Assembly: GCA_048270185.1 (NCBI GenBank)
Contig: JBLWTJ010000001.1
Coordinates: 1,248,001-1,312,000 of the forward strand
From: Bacteriovoracaceae bacterium
GTDB taxonomy: Bacteria; Bdellovibrionota; Bacteriovoracia; Bacteriovoracales; Bacteriovoracaceae
Direction of reading: 5' to 3'
Length of the DNA stretch: 64,000 bases
Below the pieces are notes generated by a model that saw nothing but the letters and a program-made list of their open reading frames with translations, was not told the origin of the DNA and made no database searches. A program made the translations under genes and the position numbers. Numbering within the stretch: the stretch's first letter is position 1; each line of letters opens with the position of its first letter. Below are positions 38,860 through 48,289 of this stretch, in pieces.

Positions 38860-39348
38860 ATGACAATAACAATCGTATACACACTGTTTAATTTAGTATT
38901 CCTGGTCGACTTCTTTTCTGAAAAAGATGATAAAGGCAAAACTTATCGCTTACTTAGCTATATGAGTTTTGGCATCTTATCTCTACTTTCAATTCAAGTC
39001 TTCCAAAACCCTGCGATGAAGGTCGTATTTGTGGTATTGGCCATTGTTTCCCTTGCCTTTGCCCTTATTAACGAGTTCTTAAATGCGCCCAAAAATTCCA
39101 AAGAGCGCGTTTATAACGGACTAGTTAATATGCTACTTCCTGTCGCCATCTATTTTATCGCCCTTCGTTGGTTTCCTGCGGGATCTGACTTTTCAGGGCT
39201 AGAAGGAGGTCAAGATATTAATCGTAATATCTTCATTATTCAGACCCTATTGGTCTTAGGAGTTGCATTTAAATTTGCCCCAAAACTCGTCTTCACAAAA
39301 CGTGCAACTAAAGAAATTAATGAAGATATAAAAACCCTAAAATTATAG
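38860..39348 (+). CDS. Hypothetical multi-pass membrane protein
   Basis: About 5 hydrophobic segments; ATG 38860 in frame with track ORF. Confidence 0.65.
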   Translation: MTITIVYTLFNLVFLVDFFSEKDDKGKTYRLLSYMSFGILSLLSIQVFQNPAMKVVFVVLAIVSLAFALINEFLNAPKNSKERVYNGLVNMLLPVAIYFIALRWFPAGSDFSGLEGGQDINRNIFIIQTLLVLGVAFKFAPKLVFTKRATKEINEDIKTLKL

Positions 39349-39423
39349 CCTCTCCCCAAGGCTTCAAAGTGGCCATCATTACTTCCGATATGCTATTGTA
39401 ATGGCACTTAAATGGAGATAATT

Positions 39424-39861
39424 ATGGCCACTTTTAAATCAACAAAGCATTTCTACGGATTCCCATGTACACACCGTCAATGGAAAGCAGACTCTCACTG
39501 TAAATATGTTCACGGATACTCTCGTTCATTCCATTTTGAGTTTGAATGCTCAGAGCTAACTAAAGAAATGTGGGTTATGGACTTTGGTGATCTAAAAGAT
39601 GTAAAAGCTTGGCTTGATGATATGTTTGACCACACTTTCCTGGCCTCACAAGATGATCCTTTTATGGAAGAATTCAAGAAACTTGACGAAGCTGGAGTTG
39701 TCCAACTACGAGTCCTTCCAAATGCGGGAATGGAAGGTACGGCAGAATTTGTTTACGAAAAGATGTCAGAGCTTATCAAGAAGAAGACTGAAGGAAGAGT
39801 TTGGATCTCAAGACTCGAAGTCAAAGAGAACGAGAAAAACTCAGCAGTTTACATTCCATAA
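39424..39861 (+). CDS. queD: 6-carboxy/6-pyruvoyl-tetrahydropterin synthase family (QueD-like)
   Basis: HR..SHC..VHGY, VMDFG, FDHTFL, E.EKNSA; ATG after GGAG. Confidence 0.8.
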   Translation: MATFKSTKHFYGFPCTHRQWKADSHCKYVHGYSRSFHFEFECSELTKEMWVMDFGDLKDVKAWLDDMFDHTFLASQDDPFMEEFKKLDEAGVVQLRVLPNAGMEGTAEFVYEKMSELIKKKTEGRVWISRLEVKENEKNSAVYIP

Positions 39862-39873
39862 TTCTTAACTCGA

Positions 39874-39903
39874 CAGGGCGCAAATACTTAAAACTGCGCC
39901 CTG
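39874..39903. terminator. GC-rich hairpin after queD
   Basis: CAGGGCGCA-12 nt-TGCGCCCTG; no clear U-tract. Confidence 0.45.
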
Positions 39904-40065
39904 AGCAAATAATTCCATTTACTCCAATTAAATACTGAATAAATTAAGAAAATTTAAGGTTTTTTCGAAGAGTTTGGGACCCTCAAACACTTGTATTATA
40001 CCGCTATGAGTAATATATACTTGAGTAGAAGAGTTTTCTAACGAAGCAAACAGAAAGGAAATGAC

Positions 40066-41157
40066 ATGAAAATTGCGCCACTAAATTCTTGGATTAAAGT
40101 TGATGAAAAGCCACTCGTTATTGCAGGACCTTGTTCCGCAGAAAGCGAAGAGCAAGTTTATCAAATCGCCAAGCAATTAGTGGAAAATGGCCGCGTCCAT
40201 GCTTTCCGTGCAGGGATTTGGAAACCGAGAACACGCCCAAATACATTTGAAGGTGTTGGCCTTGTGGGACTTCCTTGGATGGAGCAAGTAAAGAAAGATT
40301 TTAATATTCCTATCACAACTGAAGTTGCCAATGCTTCACACGTTGAACTTGCCCTAAAGCATAATGTCGATATTCTTTGGATCGGAGCACGTACAACAGT
40401 TTCTCCATTTGCCGTTCAAGAAATAGCCGATGCTCTAAGAGGTGTTGATATTCCAGTTATGGTAAAGAACCCAATCAACCTTGATCTTGCTCTCTGGATG
40501 GGTGCCATCGAAAGATTTTCGGCCGTAGGTCTTGATAAACTTGCAGCAATCCACAGAGGGTTCTCAAGCGCAGAAAAAACAAAGTACAGAAATAAACCAT
40601 ACTGGGCCATCCCTATTGAACTTAAGAGACTAATGCCGGATCTACCAATTATTTGTGACCCTTCACATATTGCAGGTAACCGCAATCTTATTGGTGAAGT
40701 TTGCCAGAAGGCAATGGATATGAACTTTGATGGTGTTATGGTTGAAACTCATATCACACCAGAGAAGGCACTAAGTGATGCTGCTCAACAGGTTACACCA
40801 GAGATGCTTCACAATATTATCACTCACCTATCAGTGAGAGATGCAATCGGACACAATGATGGTTTCGAAGATGAGCTAAATAAACTTAGAAATAAAATCG
40901 ACCAAGTTGATAATGATATTCTTGAAATGATGCATATGAGAATGAATATTGTTAAACAAATTGGAAAACTTAAAAACGATAATAATGTCACTCCACTTCA
41001 AGTAGGAAGAATGGATGCACTTATGAAATCTCGTATTGAAAAAGGTGAAAAATTCTCACTTGATAAGAGATTTGTTGAAGAACTTTATCATGCAATTCAC
41101 ACGGAATCTGTTAGAGAACAGACTCGTATGATGAACGATTTTAAAAAAGATTCTTAA
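40066..41157 (+). CDS. DAHP synthase (type I-beta) with C-terminal chorismate mutase domain
   Basis: IAGPCSAES, WKPRTRP, IGART, DPSH; C-terminal LRNKIDQVDNDI..R..IGKLK AroQ domain. Confidence 0.9.
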   Translation: MKIAPLNSWIKVDEKPLVIAGPCSAESEEQVYQIAKQLVENGRVHAFRAGIWKPRTRPNTFEGVGLVGLPWMEQVKKDFNIPITTEVANASHVELALKHNVDILWIGARTTVSPFAVQEIADALRGVDIPVMVKNPINLDLALWMGAIERFSAVGLDKLAAIHRGFSSAEKTKYRNKPYWAIPIELKRLMPDLPIICDPSHIAGNRNLIGEVCQKAMDMNFDGVMVETHITPEKALSDAAQQVTPEMLHNIITHLSVRDAIGHNDGFEDELNKLRNKIDQVDNDILEMMHMRMNIVKQIGKLKNDNNVTPLQVGRMDALMKSRIEKGEKFSLDKRFVEELYHAIHTESVREQTRMMNDFKKDS

Positions 41158-41190
41158 AACACGTACCAAGAAAGGTGTTATAATTTTCAT

Positions 41191-42348
41191 ATGAAAGTAT
41201 CTGAACGAGTCGAAGGAATTGCTCCGTCTGGTAGTATCCAGATTGCAGCGCAAATTACTAATCTTAGAAATGAGGGCAAGGATATAATTGGCCTCAATAT
41301 TGGTGAACCTGACTTCTCCCCTAAAGAGAGTATTATTGAAGCTATTTATGAAGCTTTAAAAAAAGGAAAAACAAAGTATTCCTTTGTCCGAGGTGAACCA
41401 GAGCTAAGATCGGCCATCGCTGGCTACTTCAATCACCGCTGTGGAACTGAAATTCACGCTGAAAATATTCTCGTAGGAAATGGCTCTAAGCAAATTATCT
41501 ATAATACCTTCCAAGCAATTTTAAACCCAGGTGATGAAGTAATTATTCCCATTCCATATTGGGTAACGATTCCAGAAAGTATTAAGCTTGCTGGTGGCGA
41601 AAGTGTTTATGTTAATTCTCTGCCAGACTTTCACCTTGATCTTGCGGCCATTGAGAAGGCCATTACAAGTAAAACAAAAGCCATCTATATCAACACGCCA
41701 AATAATCCTTCCGGAGCAGTTTATAACCGTGAAGAATTAACTAAGCTAGGTGAACTTGCAGTTAAGCATAATCTTATTATCGTAAGTGATGAAGCCTATG
41801 AGTCCCTTACTTATAATTGTGAGTTTATCTCTCCACTTATGCTCGGAGAAGAAATCGCCAATCGCTCAATATCAATTCAAAGTTTTTCAAAATCCTTTTG
41901 TATGACTGGCTTTCGAGTTGGTTATATGATTGCCAAAGAAGAATTTATTAAGAAGGTTGACTCATTCCAAGGACATCTTTGCGGAAATATTCCGCCATTC
42001 ACTCAACTTGGAGCAGTTAATGCAATCGAGAATCAAGATGAGATCATTGGAGATATGTTAAGTGTTATGACAAAACGACGTGATACAGCTTATCGCCTCT
42101 TCTCAACTCTCTTTGAAGTTAGTGAGCCACAAGGTGCCTTCTATCTCTTCTTGAATATCAAACCTTTCATCGAAAAAGGTATTGTAAAGGACTCTGTTGA
42201 GATGGTGCAAAAGCTAATCGCAGAAGCAGGTGTCGCTCTTGTTCCAGGTAAGTTCTTTGGAGAAGATAATTATATACGCCTTGCTTTCACCGATAGTGTT
42301 GAAAGAATTGAGCAAGCATTTGAAAATATAAAAAAGGTTCTCGGTTAA
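41191..42348 (+). CDS. Class I/II PLP aminotransferase (aspartate/prephenate type)
   Basis: GEPDF, PNNPSG, SDEAY, SFSKSFCMTGFRVG. Confidence 0.9.
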   Translation: MKVSERVEGIAPSGSIQIAAQITNLRNEGKDIIGLNIGEPDFSPKESIIEAIYEALKKGKTKYSFVRGEPELRSAIAGYFNHRCGTEIHAENILVGNGSKQIIYNTFQAILNPGDEVIIPIPYWVTIPESIKLAGGESVYVNSLPDFHLDLAAIEKAITSKTKAIYINTPNNPSGAVYNREELTKLGELAVKHNLIIVSDEAYESLTYNCEFISPLMLGEEIANRSISIQSFSKSFCMTGFRVGYMIAKEEFIKKVDSFQGHLCGNIPPFTQLGAVNAIENQDEIIGDMLSVMTKRRDTAYRLFSTLFEVSEPQGAFYLFLNIKPFIEKGIVKDSVEMVQKLIAEAGVALVPGKFFGEDNYIRLAFTDSVERIEQAFENIKKVLG

Positions 42349-43079
42349 TGAAAGTTGGAATCATCGGTTTTGGACGTCTAGGAAAACTCATCACAAAGTA
42401 TCTTGAAGAAGATTTCACAGTTGAAGTTTATGATATAAATGAAAGTGTGAAGAATGAAGTTGAGGCACTTGGGGCCCGTTTTAAAACTCTTGAAGAAGTT
42501 TGTAAGAATCCAATCGTTATTCCATTTGTTCCAATGAATAAATTTGAATCCGTTATCAAAGAGATTGCCCCTCTTCTAACTCCTGATGCACTCGTTGTTG
42601 ATGTTTGTTCTGTCAAAGAGATGCCGGTTGAGGTTATGAAGAAACACTTACCTGAAAGCGTAAGCATTCTTGCCACTCACCCAATGTTTGGTCCAGACTC
42701 GGCAGGAGAGACTTTGTTTGGCACAAAAATCGCCGTCTGCCCTGTTCGCATTGAAGATAAGTACTATCAAAAGATTTGTGCCTTCATGCGCTTTCATGGC
42801 ATCAAAGTTGTGGAAACAACAGCAAGCGAACACGACAAGCAAATTTCTCACTCCCTTCTTCTGACACATATGATTGGAAGAACTCTTATGGATATGGATG
42901 CCAAGAAACTCTCAATTGATACTAAAGGTTACCGCAGACTGCTTAAAATTCTAAAAACAGTCGAGAATGATTCTTGGGAGTTATTCGCCGATATGAATGA
43001 GCATAATCAATATGCAAAGCAAACTCGCGATGAATTCCTCGCTTCATTTAATAAAGTAATTAAAAGGCTCGAAGATTGA
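42348..43079 (+). CDS. tyrA: Prephenate/arogenate dehydrogenase
   Basis: GIIGFGRLG, DVCSVK, THPMFGP, EHD. Confidence 0.88.
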   Translation: MKVGIIGFGRLGKLITKYLEEDFTVEVYDINESVKNEVEALGARFKTLEEVCKNPIVIPFVPMNKFESVIKEIAPLLTPDALVVDVCSVKEMPVEVMKKHLPESVSILATHPMFGPDSAGETLFGTKIAVCPVRIEDKYYQKICAFMRFHGIKVVETTASEHDKQISHSLLLTHMIGRTLMDMDAKKLSIDTKGYRRLLKILKTVENDSWELFADMNEHNQYAKQTRDEFLASFNKVIKRLED

Positions 43080-43912
43080 TTAAAAAAGATATGAAGGTAG
43101 CATTTCAAGGAACAAAGGGTTCTTACTCTGAAGAGGCTCTCTATAAGTATTTCGGAAAAGATGTCGAAGCAGTAGGTATCGCCCTGAGTGAAGATGTGTG
43201 CAGCGCTCTTGAAAATAAAGAAGTCGCTTGTGCTATTCTACCAATCGAAAATAGCATCGTCGGAAACGTCGATATCAATATGGATTTAATTTTTAAACAC
43301 GACTTCTTTGCCATTGGCGAACTCTACTTAGAAATTAATCACTGCCTCATGGCAAATCCGGGTGTGGATATTAAAGATGTAAAAGCTGTTTACTCCCACC
43401 CGATTGCCCTGGCCCAGTGCCATGGCTTCTTTAAAAAGAACGAGTTAAAACCTGTTGCTGAATTTGATACAGCAGGTTCAGCTAAGATCATCTCTGAATC
43501 AAAATCTAATAATGAAGCCTGTGTCGGTTCCAAGCTTTGCGCTGAATACTATGGTCTCAATATCATTCAAGAAAAGATTCAAGATGAAGCCGACAATTAC
43601 ACACGCTTTCTCATCTTTGTTCGTGAAGAAAATATTCCAACAGGAATTGGAAAAGAGAAAACCAGCATCGCCTTTACAACGAAGCACCACCCAGGAGCTT
43701 TACTTGGATGCCTACAAGTCTTTGCCAGTTACGATATCAACTTAACAAAGCTTGAGTCGCGCCCTATTCCACACGAACCATTTAAGTATATCTTCTATGT
43801 TGATTTCATGGGTGCTCTTCACGATCCTAAAGTCCAAAATTGTCTTAAGGAATTAAAGCGTGATGCCAATGGAATTAAGATTCTTGGAAGTTATCCTGCT
43901 GGAAAATTTTAG
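43076..43912 (+). CDS. pheA: Prephenate dehydratase with ACT domain
   Basis: FQGTKGSYSE, PIENS, NYTRF, LTKLESRP, ILGSYP. Confidence 0.92.
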   Translation: MIKKDMKVAFQGTKGSYSEEALYKYFGKDVEAVGIALSEDVCSALENKEVACAILPIENSIVGNVDINMDLIFKHDFFAIGELYLEINHCLMANPGVDIKDVKAVYSHPIALAQCHGFFKKNELKPVAEFDTAGSAKIISESKSNNEACVGSKLCAEYYGLNIIQEKIQDEADNYTRFLIFVREENIPTGIGKEKTSIAFTTKHHPGALLGCLQVFASYDINLTKLESRPIPHEPFKYIFYVDFMGALHDPKVQNCLKELKRDANGIKILGSYPAGKF

Positions 43913-43913
43913 A

Positions 43914-44687
43914 CTAGGCCTTAATCTTTCTGATTGCGATAAATGAAATATCATCATACTTAAGCCAAGTCTCATCTGTTTGATTTTTACAGAACTCCAC
44001 AAGGTTTTCAAAAGACTTGTCGAAATTCCCCTGGCCAATTAGTTCAGTAAGTGAATCGTGAGGTATATTATCAAAGAGCCCATCACTTCCTATTAAGATA
44101 GTATGTCCTTTTTTGATTGAGGCCCCTGAAGTCGATTCAATTTTAATAACCTCATCACCCATAAGATTATTCACATAATTTCTTTCCGGATGCGATAGTG
44201 ACTCTTCTTGGCCTAAGACACCGGCCTTAACCATATGCCCAACACCAGAGTGCGGAGTGGAAGTATAAACTTCATTTCCATGAGCATTCCAATAGAGTAT
44301 TTCAGAATCACCGACATGGTAGAAGCGAGCGATATCGTCTTTAATATGAGCACAAGCAAGAGTTGATCTTGCACCGGCCTTCAAGGCCGAAACACCTTCA
44401 TTTGCTTTTTCAATGAGATCGATACAATTATCACCGTCTTTATATGCGGCCAAGGCTTCACTAATTGTAACAGAGGCATCTCGACCGCGCGGATGCCCTC
44501 CTGCACCATCGGAGACCCCGAGGACGAAGGACTTTTCATCTCCACTAATGAAGAGTGAGTCTTCATTGAGATCATTTGCTTCTTTTAGTTTATGACGGGC
44601 CAGAAAATAGCCAATACGATAGTCACCGAAGTCAAAGAGTTCATGTTCGCAATCGAGAATGTCGCTAACAATTTTCTTAAATAGCAT
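43914..44687 (-). CDS. PP2C-family Ser/Thr phosphatase
   Basis: NEDS, VSDGAGGH, HVGDS, GSDGLFD, DDIS. Confidence 0.9.
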   Translation of the reverse strand: MLFKKIVSDILDCEHELFDFGDYRIGYFLARHKLKEANDLNEDSLFISGDEKSFVLGVSDGAGGHPRGRDASVTISEALAAYKDGDNCIDLIEKANEGVSALKAGARSTLACAHIKDDIARFYHVGDSEILYWNAHGNEVYTSTPHSGVGHMVKAGVLGQEESLSHPERNYVNNLMGDEVIKIESTSGASIKKGHTILIGSDGLFDNIPHDSLTELIGQGNFDKSFENLVEFCKNQTDETWLKYDDISFIAIRKIKA

Positions 44688-45423
44688 CCGACCAATCCAT
44701 TACTTCTAAGTGGTAACGTAGCATACTAATATTTTTAAATCGATTTAAGATCATCCCGCGCTTAAGCCCACAAATAATGTACTTAATTGAAGGTGATAAC
44801 TTCTTATAATGCTTCTGTCCTCCTAGGATATCATAGAAAATGCGAATGATTTTAATAATATCTTCATCGCGATTATCTTTCTTTGAATCTCCCCAGTGAT
44901 GTAGATCGATTATTTTTAAATCGAACTCAAGACCAAAGCGGCGGATTATAATATTTTCAGTGTGAAGATCACCATGATACTCACCCTCAAGATGAATGGA
45001 CTCAACTCCAACAACAATTGAATAAAGTAAGTGGATAGCAGAGAAAATCTCTAGCCTCTTACCCTTTTGCTTATTGATAAATTCCGCAAGCATTTCTCCT
45101 TCAATAAATTCGGAAGCAATACAAGCGACTTTATGTCCCTTAAGAGTGATAATCTCGTGTGAAAGACAGTCCATCACGATAGGACTTGATTTTAACTTCT
45201 CAAGTTTTAAGGAGTATCGAGTACTGACCTTAAACTTCTTATTTCTTTGTGGAAAATATATTTTGATAGCTCGAATGGTATTCGTATGCTTTTCCTTAAC
45301 GCGGTAGACCTCACCTTCAAAACCAGCACCAAGCTTTTCGAGAATGATATAGCGACCAGCAATCACACGTCCCGGAATGAGATCGAAAGCTTCAATTTCT
45401 ACACTATCTTTGACCTTACTCAA
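44677..45423 (-). CDS. Minimal Hanks-type protein kinase
   Basis: LGAGFEGEVY, RAIK, HGDLHTENII, IIDL; no recognisable APE segment. Confidence 0.8.
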   Translation of the reverse strand: MSKVKDSVEIEAFDLIPGRVIAGRYIILEKLGAGFEGEVYRVKEKHTNTIRAIKIYFPQRNKKFKVSTRYSLKLEKLKSSPIVMDCLSHEIITLKGHKVACIASEFIEGEMLAEFINKQKGKRLEIFSAIHLLYSIVVGVESIHLEGEYHGDLHTENIIIRRFGLEFDLKIIDLHHWGDSKKDNRDEDIIKIIRIFYDILGGQKHYKKLSPSIKYIICGLKRGMILNRFKNISMLRYHLEVMDWSDAI

Positions 45424-46027
45424 GCGGTCCTCCTATATCATGATAATTCATATCGGAACGCGCCTGAATTTGCTCAAGCATAATCTTCTTAAATTCACGT
45501 CTAATATTAACTATTTCAAAAACTAAGAAAATTGCAAAGACGATATAAAAGCCTATCGACTTAAAGAACGCCCAAGTAGAAGTTGACTCATAGATCGCCA
45601 AGTACCCCATAAAGAATCCATTAATTAAAAGGAAGAAGGCCAAGTGGTACTCAAGCTTAAGCATAATGGCTTCTGGAACCATAACTTTCTTCTCCAAATC
45701 ATTCATCATCGTAAGCATTAAGCTCTTACCACGACGTAAATTAAAAATGAGAAAGCTACTCAAGAAGAGTCCAGTAAAGAATGGTTGTAATTTAAACCAA
45801 ACACCATCGTGCCCAATCAATGAGATCGGGCCAAGAATTAAAATAATAATAAAATTTAATTTTGAAATAGAGTGAATATGCTTAAAGAAAACTTTCTCAA
45901 AAATAATCTCTAAAATTGCCAGAGAAAGTCCACCAATAATAGCGATCTCGACAGATTGAGTTTCTTCTAAATACCAGTACAAAAGAGCTGGTAAGAAGGA
46001 GATGAGAAATAAGTTATTCTTTTTCAT
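45416..46027 (-). CDS. IspZ/YciB-like septation membrane protein
   Basis: SFLPALLY, WFKLQP, WAFFK; about 5 TMs. Confidence 0.75.
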   Translation of the reverse strand: MKKNNLFLISFLPALLYWYLEETQSVEIAIIGGLSLAILEIIFEKVFFKHIHSISKLNFIIILILGPISLIGHDGVWFKLQPFFTGLFLSSFLIFNLRRGKSLMLTMMNDLEKKVMVPEAIMLKLEYHLAFFLLINGFFMGYLAIYESTSTWAFFKSIGFYIVFAIFLVFEIVNIRREFKKIMLEQIQARSDMNYHDIGGPLE

Positions 46028-46036
46028 ACCTGCGCA

Positions 46037-46822
46037 TTATGCTGCATTTTTACGTTTTTGGCAAAAGTCCTCAAACTCTTCTTTTATACAAGATGGTTCA
46101 AGAATCTCAATATGATCGCGCATAGAGTATAGCCAATCAAATAAGTAGAGCGACTTTTCAACAGAAGCGGCCCATATAATTTCACCATATTGATTGGTTG
46201 TCGAATAAGGATGACCTAGGAAAATTAGATTACTAATTGGTTGTAACTCATGGCCATAGGCAAGCTTTATAATTAAGCGTTGATCGCTGCCATCAATATG
46301 CCTTAGAGCATTGATATATTCTTCAATTTCAAATCGAGAGTACATAGACTGATAATCAAAGCTTTGGAATTCAATATCCTCTACTTCATTCATATCAATC
46401 GTAATTAGTTTCTTAGTTAAAATATCTTCAGTAATAATCTTGTAAACATTTTGAGAAAGGACTACTCTCCATGGCCTTACACGAATCGAAGATTGATCCA
46501 GAAAAGTAAACTCACAAACGCGTCCATCTTTTGAAGCTGCTTGAACATCTTTTATAAGTTCTCGATGACTGTTACTTGCAAGAAGTACATCTCCATAGTC
46601 ACGTCGCCAAGAAAGTGGCATTAATAAGAATTCAGTATCCTTAGGTCTCAGATCAACAGATAAACCATAGAAGTGAGATTTTTCGTAGAATAGGTAGAAG
46701 TCATCACGATTAATTTCATATTTCTTTAAAAATGATACTAAGTTTATTGGCTTTCTAATTTCTTCTAAGTGAAATAAAATATTCCAAAAATTTTGATCTT
46801 CCATAGACGAAAATGACGTCAT
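46037..46822 (-). CDS. Divergent WYL-domain protein with WCX-like C-terminus
   Basis: RVRPWRVV..YKI..IDMNEVEDIE and LFDWLYSMRDHIEILEPSCIKEEF. Confidence 0.65.
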   Translation of the reverse strand: MTSFSSMEDQNFWNILFHLEEIRKPINLVSFLKKYEINRDDFYLFYEKSHFYGLSVDLRPKDTEFLLMPLSWRRDYGDVLLASNSHRELIKDVQAASKDGRVCEFTFLDQSSIRVRPWRVVLSQNVYKIITEDILTKKLITIDMNEVEDIEFQSFDYQSMYSRFEIEEYINALRHIDGSDQRLIIKLAYGHELQPISNLIFLGHPYSTTNQYGEIIWAASVEKSLYLFDWLYSMRDHIEILEPSCIKEEFEDFCQKRKNAA

Positions 46823-46849
46823 TACAGCTCCTTAAATAACCTACTTATT

Positions 46850-46877
46850 TTATCGGATAAAGCAGTCTATTCCTTTA
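46850..46877 (-). promoter_or_regulatory. Putative sigma28 (FliA) promoter
   Basis: TAAAG-15 nt-TCCGATAA upstream of SD AAGGAG. Confidence 0.6.
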
Positions 46878-46912
46878 GTGATTTTTAGATAATTTAATGA
46901 GATAATATTCGT

Positions 46913-47413
46913 ATGGTACTGAAATCACTACTTAAGAATCCTGTACTGGCATTCGGAATATTAATATTTATTATCTTTCTCCTGCAGCTTAGAGATAACG
47001 GTGCTTTTGATAAAAGGGCCTCGAGTATGATGGCCACTTCATGTCGCTCAGTTAAGGTACGTCTTGATAAGTATCTCCACCCTTCTTGGAAGATTGAATG
47101 TAATAAAAATAACTTAGAAGTGACGATTCCAGCTGACACGAAAGTGATCCCAGAGAATATGGAAGATAAGCAAATTCTCAAGCAAGAAATGTACAAGGCC
47201 TTGGCCAATTCATATATCTCAATCTCTCGCTATGCTATGGAAGAAAGTCTTGAGCGTACGATGATGATTGTCGTGAAATTGATTCACCCACAAATGATTC
47301 TTTCTTCAATTTCTGAGGGAAAGTACGTGGTAAAACTTAAGACGCTAAAGAATAAGAATAATCTAGCTCGCCACATCCACCAAACTATTCAGGTCCAAGA
47401 GGTCACAAAATAA
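46913..47413 (+). CDS. Hypothetical membrane-anchored periplasmic protein
   Basis: N-terminal TM, two Cys; ORF track. Confidence 0.6.
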   Translation: MVLKSLLKNPVLAFGILIFIIFLLQLRDNGAFDKRASSMMATSCRSVKVRLDKYLHPSWKIECNKNNLEVTIPADTKVIPENMEDKQILKQEMYKALANSYISISRYAMEESLERTMMIVVKLIHPQMILSSISEGKYVVKLKTLKNKNNLARHIHQTIQVQEVTK

Positions 47414-48289
47414 TTCGGCTCTTTCAGCTTTAAAGCACGTTGTGTGTCCATTCACTTCAAGACAGTATTGATAGGCATGAAGAAATAACCTTTTATCATC
47501 TTCACTATAGTTCTCATTATAGATAGGATCACCCACAATCGGAAAACCTGCATGAGATAATTGCACGCGTATCTGATGACGGTGGCCCTCTTTAAGACGA
47601 ATTCTAACGAGGCTCAAATTCTTCTCACGATTAAAGTGAAGTGGTTCAACATCAAGTTGTGCCTCCACACCAATATCGCTAATAATCATCTTCTCACCTT
47701 TTAGCCCACTTGAAACAAGTCGATCAACAAGATGTAATGATTCACTAACTTCACCATTTACTATAGCAAGGTAGGTCTTTTCTTTGGCGATTTGAGAAAA
47801 ACTATTGCGGAGATTTTCATGTATTAATTCATCTTTAATATAAATAAGAACACCACTTGTTAACTTATCAAGGCGATAAAGCAGACCCTTTTCATAATCA
47901 GACCGAGGATTACTTAAGCTTGGTAAGCAGAAATGTGAGCGCATGAAATTAAGTACAGTCTTCGTCTCACTATACTCCATGGGATGGCCATGAATACCTT
48001 GAGGTTTGTTAAGGACGATAAAAATATCATCTTCATGAATAACTTCGATACTTGGGCCAGTATAAATCGGATTCACATGGAAGCGATTAATGAGATCCAT
48101 CGGTAAATAGATTTCACTCTTTGCGATAACTTGTGACTGGAGTGCCATCTTTGAAATAAAAGAAGTTTTGATGGCCTTATTAGACAAATGGAGCTCCTCT
48201 TTGAGGAACTCCTTTAACGTATTTTTATCATTGAGATTACAGAAATTTTTATTGTGCTTCAACTTTGTGTCCATTACTTTCAAGATCAC
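47363..48289 (-). CDS. RluA-family pseudouridine synthase
   Basis: LNKPQG, YRLDKLTSG, KTYLA, GHRHQIRV, PIVGDPIY, LFLHA; start uncertain. Confidence 0.9.
   Translation of the reverse strand: MILKVMDTKLKHNKNFCNLNDKNTLKEFLKEELHLSNKAIKTSFISKMALQSQVIAKSEIYLPMDLINRFHVNPIYTGPSIEVIHEDDIFIVLNKPQGIHGHPMEYSETKTVLNFMRSHFCLPSLSNPRSDYEKGLLYRLDKLTSGVLIYIKDELIHENLRNSFSQIAKEKTYLAIVNGEVSESLHLVDRLVSSGLKGEKMIISDIGVEAQLDVEPLHFNREKNLSLVRIRLKEGHRHQIRVQLSHAGFPIVGDPIYNENYSEDDKRLFLHAYQYCLEVNGHTTCFKAERAELFCDLLDLNSLVDVAS

Noticed and set aside
40006..40041. 11-codon uORF MSNIYLSRRVF upstream of the DAHP synthase gene as a possible attenuator leader
   Set aside because: Only one Tyr and one Phe, no SD, no terminator after it, and it overlaps a likely promoter
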